Source of the DNA: a virus
DNA length: 64,000 bases
Direction: 5' to 3' (one strand)
IMG/VR virus record: IMGVR_UViG_3300028025_006304
Coordinates: 54,603 to 118,602 of that record
The number at the start of each line of letters is the position of its first letter. Positions within the stretch are counted from its first letter, which is position 1. Under the pieces are notes generated by a model that was not told the origin of the DNA, did not search any database, and saw only the letters and a program-made list of their open reading frames with translations. Shown here piece by piece: positions 58,397 through 64,000 of the stretch. The translations under genes and the position numbers were made by a program.

Positions 58397-59623
58397 TTAT
58401 TTATAAAATTCTGATCTTAAGATTGAGTATATTAAAGAATCTATGTATTCTTCTTTTTTCTTAACATCTTCTCTTTTTATGCCTTCTAATATAAAACCTA
58501 ATTTATGATATAAATGGATTGCTCGAGCATTTGTTGATAATACTTCTAAAGATATTTTATGTAAGTTATATTTTTTAAATAAGAAATTTAAAAAACTTAA
58601 ATAGACTAAATATCCTAATCCTTGTCCTGTGAAGTCAGGGGAAATATCACAACCTACATAGATATTATTATTAATAGAATTATAATTAGAAGTTCTAAAA
58701 TATCCCACATCAACCCCAAGATAATTTATAATAAAATACTCAGGTGAAGTATCCTTTATCCATTTAGTTGTTTCTGTTATAGTAAATGTTCTAGAATCAT
58801 GTAAATAAGTATCTGCATATGTGTTTCTGATTTTATTAATAAATCCTGCATCACTTTCTTTTACAGTTCTAAATTTAAATAAATTATCTACAGATTGAGC
58901 AGGTTGAATAACTTCTTTTTCTTCTTTATTTCCATAATAGATTACAATATCGGATTTATTAGGATCTTCTGTACTTTCTAAAAAAGGTATACAAGTAGTA
59001 TCTGATACATCTTTTATTTCATATTTTTCTAACAAATACTGTAAATACGTAATTTGATCTGAAGTACCTACTAAATATTCTGAATCATTCGTATCAGGAG
59101 ATAATTTGAATATTGTTTTATAATTTTCATAAGCCCACTTAGCTGCAGGGGATGAAAGTAATCCATTGCTTATAGATGGGTGGATTCCGTTGTGGTGAGT
59201 AAAGTTTACTAATTGCCCTACAAAACATACATTAGGATCCATTTCTTTTTGGAAAACTTTATAAAATTCATCTACAGAAGGTAGATAGTCATCTTCTATT
59301 AAGAAAAAATATTCTGGTGAATCTTCTAATGATGCTATTATTGCTTCATTCCACGCACCATAAGAAAGATTTTTATTAGACCTAAATATAACTTCAATAG
59401 GAATTTTACTATTGGATTCTTGAATTATAGGAAGTACCCCTTGATCTATCATATGATTATAGTGGTTAACTACAAATATAATTTTTTGTACCTCAGGATT
59501 ATTTAATTCATTTAATTTTTGTATATGTTGTTTAACAAAATGATATATATCAACTTCCCAAAATTTATTATAAAGTTTAGAGCGTCTTTTTCCAAAAAAT
59601 GTAGATACAATGTATGTTACCAT
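58397..59623 (-). CDS. GT-A-like domain fused to GNAT acetyltransferase
   Basis: N-terminal SYGAW and LIEDDY; C-terminal FTGQGLG, VLSTNARAIHLYHKLGF. Confidence 0.75.
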   Translation of the reverse strand: MVTYIVSTFFGKRRSKLYNKFWEVDIYHFVKQHIQKLNELNNPEVQKIIFVVNHYNHMIDQGVLPIIQESNSKIPIEVIFRSNKNLSYGAWNEAIIASLEDSPEYFFLIEDDYLPSVDEFYKVFQKEMDPNVCFVGQLVNFTHHNGIHPSISNGLLSSPAAKWAYENYKTIFKLSPDTNDSEYLVGTSDQITYLQYLLEKYEIKDVSDTTCIPFLESTEDPNKSDIVIYYGNKEEKEVIQPAQSVDNLFKFRTVKESDAGFINKIRNTYADTYLHDSRTFTITETTKWIKDTSPEYFIINYLGVDVGYFRTSNYNSINNNIYVGCDISPDFTGQGLGYLVYLSFLNFLFKKYNLHKISLEVLSTNARAIHLYHKLGFILEGIKREDVKKKEEYIDSLIYSILRSEFYK

Positions 59624-59624
59624 A

Positions 59625-60818
59625 TTACCATCCTTTTTTAATACACTCTACAATATATTCTCTTTCTTCAGGAGTAACCCACCAACCTACAGGAATAGAA
59701 ACTACTTTCCCAATTATTTTGTTTAATGTGGGTAAAGCAGATTTAAATTCTCTAACACAAGAATGTTTATCATTACGTTCATGAACCTGAGAGACTACGA
59801 TGTTACATTCTTTCATATGCTTGTAAAAACCGTCACGGTTTTCTACTAACATAGAATAAATCCAAAATGCTGACTCATGTCCTTCTTCACGTTTTAATAA
59901 AGTTACTCCAGGTGTGTTTTGCAAATGTTTATCATAATAAGCTGCGTTTTCTTGATGTTTTTTTACAATGTTATTAGCATGTTTTAAATTTTCAATACCT
60001 ACTGTGGCACAGACATCATTCATATGGAATTTATAACCCCATTCTTCAATATCAGCTTCACATCTAAAATCTTTACGATTAGAATCTCTATCAATACCAT
60101 ACCAACGAAGTAATTTAGACCTATTATATAATTCTTGATGGGGTAAAGTTAAAATACCCCCATCAATAGCAGTAATATGTTTAATGGCTTGTAAAGAATA
60201 CATAACCATATTGCCATGATTACCTAAATATTTTCCTTTATACTTAGAACCAAATGAATGAGCCCCATCTTCAATTACTGCAGGTTTAAAACCATACATT
60301 GATAAAGCTTTTTGTTGGATTTGTTTTACTCTATCTAAATCATTAGGATAACCCCCCCAATGGACTAACATAATAGCTTTAGTTGTAGGAGTTATTTTAC
60401 GTTCTAAATCATCTAAATCCATATTAAGTGTAGTAGGATCAATATCAACCCACTTAATCTTCAACCCATTAGCTAAAATAGGCCAATTTGAAGCTGTACA
60501 AGTAAGAGCCGTAGCTAAAACTTCATCACCAGGTTGTAGTCCGGGCCAATTATTATCAACATTAACAACACCATGATAAATTTGAGAAGTTTTTTTAGGT
60601 GTTTTAAGCAAATGTAGTGCTAAATGTAAACCTGAAGTGCCTGAATTAAGGGTAACTAGTTTATCAACTTCAAGAAAATCTTGAAGGGTTTTTTCAAGTT
60701 CCTCAACTTTAGGTCCTTGTCCTATATATCCACTATTTAATACTTTAGCTACTTCATCAGCAGCTGTAGGTGCCATGTGAACTTTAAATAATTGTATTGG
60801 TTCTTTAAGTTTTTTCAT
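59625..60818 (-). CDS. DegT/DnrJ/EryC1/StrS sugar aminotransferase
   Basis: NSGTSGLHLAL, VHWGG, IEDGAHSFG, SLQAIKH...DGG. Confidence 0.92.
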   Translation of the reverse strand: MKKLKEPIQLFKVHMAPTAADEVAKVLNSGYIGQGPKVEELEKTLQDFLEVDKLVTLNSGTSGLHLALHLLKTPKKTSQIYHGVVNVDNNWPGLQPGDEVLATALTCTASNWPILANGLKIKWVDIDPTTLNMDLDDLERKITPTTKAIMLVHWGGYPNDLDRVKQIQQKALSMYGFKPAVIEDGAHSFGSKYKGKYLGNHGNMVMYSLQAIKHITAIDGGILTLPHQELYNRSKLLRWYGIDRDSNRKDFRCEADIEEWGYKFHMNDVCATVGIENLKHANNIVKKHQENAAYYDKHLQNTPGVTLLKREEGHESAFWIYSMLVENRDGFYKHMKECNIVVSQVHERNDKHSCVREFKSALPTLNKIIGKVVSIPVGWWVTPEEREYIVECIKKGW

Positions 60819-61441
60819 AATGTACTATAATAAGCGTTTTGTTTTTCCTGACGTTCAATATCTTTATGATGTTCCAAAGCGAACTCTATTTCTAATGGTA
60901 ATATAGCATGAGTTTGATATCCTTCTAATACCTCATGTACTTTATTTTTCCACTTAATTTTTTTATCATTAGCATATATCCGCCATTGAAGGTCAGGCCA
61001 ATTAACTCTACCATGATTATCTACAATCCACCCCCATTTTTGGATATGTTCTTGGGTTATACCTTTAACTGTATTTACTCTAGGTACTCTTAAAACATCT
61101 ACTTTATTGTTTTCAAGAATAATAGGTAAATATTGCATTAGATATAAATTAGGCATTTCATCAGCATCAATCTGGAAGATATAATCTCCTAAACAGGCTT
61201 CAGTTAAAGCATTCTTCATATTAGCAAAATGCCCATCAAAATGATAATGAATAAATCTAAATTGAGCATATGTCTCAGAAGATTTAGCTCTTAAATATTC
61301 TTCTACTTGTTTAGAACCATTGTTAGAATCGTAGAATACAACTATCTCATCTTGCTTTCTTTTATTTTCAATTAAGAAAGGAAGGAGACGTTGTATTTCT
61401 ACTAATTCATTACAAACTGTTATAGCGTAACTAAGTTTCAT
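60815..61441 (-). CDS. Glycosyltransferase family 2
   Basis: YAITVCNE, QIDADE, PDLQWR, VHE; start trimmed to MKLSY. Confidence 0.85.
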   Translation of the reverse strand: MKLSYAITVCNELVEIQRLLPFLIENKRKQDEIVVFYDSNNGSKQVEEYLRAKSSETYAQFRFIHYHFDGHFANMKNALTEACLGDYIFQIDADEMPNLYLMQYLPIILENNKVDVLRVPRVNTVKGITQEHIQKWGWIVDNHGRVNWPDLQWRIYANDKKIKWKNKVHEVLEGYQTHAILPLEIEFALEHHKDIERQEKQNAYYSTL

Positions 61442-61442
61442 T

Positions 61443-61889
61443 TTATTCAGGTAATACACCAATGTAAGTTAAGGCTTCCATAAACTCATTTTCTGGGAAA
61501 TGGGTTAAAGTAGTCATGTCCATTTTGTAGTCATATTCTTTACCTTTTCCTTTAAATTTAGTTTTTTCTTCTTCAGACATAAGAGTTGCTTTTACAGCGG
61601 CCCAATTCCAATTTTGGCTATTAGTACCGTCAGCAAATACCATTCCTTTATCTGGAAGGTTAACTACTGAAGGCATCCAAATAGTTCCATTATCATCTTC
61701 ACCCATTAGTTCTTTATACAACTCAGGAAGCACTTCCATTTGTTGCTGTAGAAATTCAGTATCACGTTTCATAGCTGTATTAGCTTGGAAACCACAACCA
61801 TAACAAAAATAAAGCTTTACATCTTGGTTTACTTCTTGAACATAACAAGCATCTGAGCCGCAACGTTCACATGTAGTTAAATTATCCAT
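61443..61889 (-). CDS. Hypothetical zinc-ribbon protein
   Basis: CERCGSDAC...CYGCG. Confidence 0.6.
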   Translation of the reverse strand: MDNLTTCERCGSDACYVQEVNQDVKLYFCYGCGFQANTAMKRDTEFLQQQMEVLPELYKELMGEDDNGTIWMPSVVNLPDKGMVFADGTNSQNWNWAAVKATLMSEEEKTKFKGKGKEYDYKMDMTTLTHFPENEFMEALTYIGVLPE

Positions 61890-63174
61890 TTACTTTTTGT
61901 AGTTTAGGGAGTTCTAATTTAGGTAATTGTAATTGAATTTCTTTAGGAAATTCAGGAATATATTGAGTTAAAGTTTGATCTACTTTTTCATACATTTTAT
62001 CCCAACTAAATTCGTTTTTACTTTTATAAGCTTGACGTTTAGCTCCGTCTGTATAATTTTTATAGTTTTCAAACATATCTTTAAGATAATGTCCTACTTG
62101 GGCGTAATCAACATTAAACCATTGAGATTCAGCAATCACCCAATCATTTACAGCTGATGGTCCTACTGGTTTAAGTTCACCTTTTAGAGCTATTGTAAAA
62201 TTAGGATCTAAAAATTCAACTTGAGCTGACCAACCTGAAGCTATAATTGGTTTTTTAGTTAAACTAAATTCAAGTAATGGGCGACCAAAACCTTCACCTT
62301 TAGTTAAACTAACCATTGCTTTTACTTTAGAATGATTATATAACTCATTTACTTCTGAGTCAGTAAAATCGCCATGAAGTAGATAAATGTTAGGTAAATC
62401 TTTAGAATTAACTGATTTTTTAATTTTATTAATCTTATCTAAAATAACATCTCGATCCATATAAGAAGAACCAGCACCACTTGTTTTCAAAATTAGAGCG
62501 GGTTTATTTTTCTTATTTTTAAATATTTCATAAAAAGCTTTAACTAACAAAGATACATTTTTTCTATCTTCACCAAAATCACCTTGTGTCCAATGACCTA
62601 CAAATAGATAAGCAAATGATTCTTTAATTGAATCTAAATTAATAGTTTTAATTTGGTTTTGCTCAATTACTTTATATAAATCTGTATTAGCACCCTCAAA
62701 AATAACTTCAATAGGAGTTGTAAGTTTTAAGTGACCCTGAGTTTGACCTTGTGGATTTTTAATTTCATAATTCATTGATTCAAAAGTCTTTTTAGCAAAA
62801 TCCGAAGATGTAATAACAAGATTCATTCTGTTACAACCCTCAATCCATTCACCTTTAACAGCTGTAGTTTCAATTCCAGCTGTAATTCCAATATTATATT
62901 TCCCTACAGGTTGGAATTCATTAGGGATAGTAATTTGAGCCCAAATTTCAGGTTGTTGAGCTAATTTGGGTTCTGCCAAAATATGTGGTTGTAAAAATCC
63001 CCATTCTTCTTTATGATCTTCAATAAAGTTCCAAGGTGTAGCACCCCAACGTTGTGGTAAGATTTTTACATCATACTTATCAGTCTTAATAATTGCTTTA
63101 ACAATATCTCTAGAACGTGCCCCATAACCACTATAGGTGTCAATTGGGCAACTTATTACAAAAACTGGTTTCAT
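61882..63174 (-). CDS. Glycosyltransferase family 4 (GT-B)
   Basis: SGYG, RKNV, KGEGFGRPLLE, PIIASGWS. Confidence 0.88.
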   Translation of the reverse strand: MKPVFVISCPIDTYSGYGARSRDIVKAIIKTDKYDVKILPQRWGATPWNFIEDHKEEWGFLQPHILAEPKLAQQPEIWAQITIPNEFQPVGKYNIGITAGIETTAVKGEWIEGCNRMNLVITSSDFAKKTFESMNYEIKNPQGQTQGHLKLTTPIEVIFEGANTDLYKVIEQNQIKTINLDSIKESFAYLFVGHWTQGDFGEDRKNVSLLVKAFYEIFKNKKNKPALILKTSGAGSSYMDRDVILDKINKIKKSVNSKDLPNIYLLHGDFTDSEVNELYNHSKVKAMVSLTKGEGFGRPLLEFSLTKKPIIASGWSAQVEFLDPNFTIALKGELKPVGPSAVNDWVIAESQWFNVDYAQVGHYLKDMFENYKNYTDGAKRQAYKSKNEFSWDKMYEKVDQTLTQYIPEFPKEIQLQLPKLELPKLQKVNG

Positions 63175-64000
63175 TAATATACTAATTTATGGTTTAAGAC
63201 TGGTTTTTCAAATTCGTTAGCATTGATAAGTTCATATTTTTCTCTTGGTTCCCAAGTGTTAAATAATTTATCAGTATAAGTTATAAAGCGATTAGCTTGG
63301 TGTTTTGAGGTAAATCCTGCTTCATCACTTGTAGCCCATTTATAACCTTCCATTCCTCTAGCTTGACGTTCTTCTTTAGATAAATTATATACTTCAGTTA
63401 AACGTTCAGCTGCATCTTCCCAACGACAACGATCATCAAAAATATAAGGAGTTGGAATAGAACCTACTATAGATAAATTAGATGGATAGACTGGGAAGGC
63501 CCAAGCACCATGTTTTTTATAAGTACCTCTATGGTTTGAAGGGAAATCAGCATCAAAATCAATCCAAGTACCATCTTCAAATTCAAAACGCATTTGATCT
63601 TGCATACCACCTGTTACGTTAGCAATAATAGGAGTACCTGTTAATAATGCTTCTGTAAGTGATAATCCCCAACCTTCGTTTGAAGTAAGTAGAATTTGAA
63701 TATCTGCTAAATTATAAAGATAATTTAAAGCTGATACATCTAATTTACCTGGGGTAAAGATGATATTGTAATCTTTAGGAACTAGTGTTTCGATTACAGC
63801 ATTTAAATCAGTACCATGTTCACTAACTTGTTCAGTATGAAGAACTAATACAACTTTTTCTCTCTGTTCAGGAGTTAAAGACTCTACAAATTGACGATAC
63901 GCCAAGATTGTATCTGGGATTTGTTTACGGCGAATATTTCTTGAGTTAAAGAATACCATAAACTCATAATCTTTACCTTGGAATAAATTTTTCTTAAAAT
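63174..64000 (-). CDS. Glycosyltransferase family 4, 5' end outside the window
   Basis: RNIRRKQ, SNEGWGLSLTEA, GGMQDQ; frame stays open from 63959 to the window edge. Confidence 0.85.
   Translation of the reverse strand, partial: FKKNLFQGKDYEFMVFFNSRNIRRKQIPDTILAYRQFVESLTPEQREKVVLVLHTEQVSEHGTDLNAVIETLVPKDYNIIFTPGKLDVSALNYLYNLADIQILLTSNEGWGLSLTEALLTGTPIIANVTGGMQDQMRFEFEDGTWIDFDADFPSNHRGTYKKHGAWAFPVYPSNLSIVGSIPTPYIFDDRCRWEDAAERLTEVYNLSKEERQARGMEGYKWATSDEAGFTSKHQANRFITYTDKLFNTWEPREKYELINANEFEKPVLNHKLVY

Noticed and set aside
1-64000. Stop-codon recoding or suppressor tRNA
   Set aside because: Long genes are intact in code 11 with high coding density; no CUA, UUA or UCA anticodon tRNA seen

Overview
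AT-rich 64-kb segment of a large T4-like (contractile-tail) dsDNA phage, probably infecting a Bacteroidota host (Bacteroidota-style promoters, A-rich starts without Shine-Dalgarno, Bacteroidota-style lipoproteins). Nearly all genes are on the minus strand and the standard genetic code is sufficient. Left to right: (1) a late operon of candidate head-packaged enzymes, including an 844-aa five-module fusion, plus exonuclease, primase and a GIY-YIG-like nuclease (0.4-6.3 kb); (2) fibre and baseplate genes, with a collagen-like fibre and gp7-, gp6-, gp25- and gp5-like proteins (6.3-25.6 kb); (3) a gp55-like sigma factor and an HD protein; (4) a cluster of 7 canonical tRNAs interleaved with several non-canonical tRNA-like or structured RNAs (28.5-30.3 kb); (5) an array of small, mostly acidic early genes, each with its own repeated promoter/start cassette, bracketed by two GC-rich palindromic non-coding islands (32.2-39.1 kb); (6) metabolic and accessory genes (LpxH-like, ThyA, phosphatase, glucosaminidase, HNH-like, DksA/TraR-like); (7) a 12-kb glycosylation cluster of about 9 glycosyltransferase-like genes and sugar-modifying enzymes running off the right edge. 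All calls come from motif reading by eye; no database searches were run.
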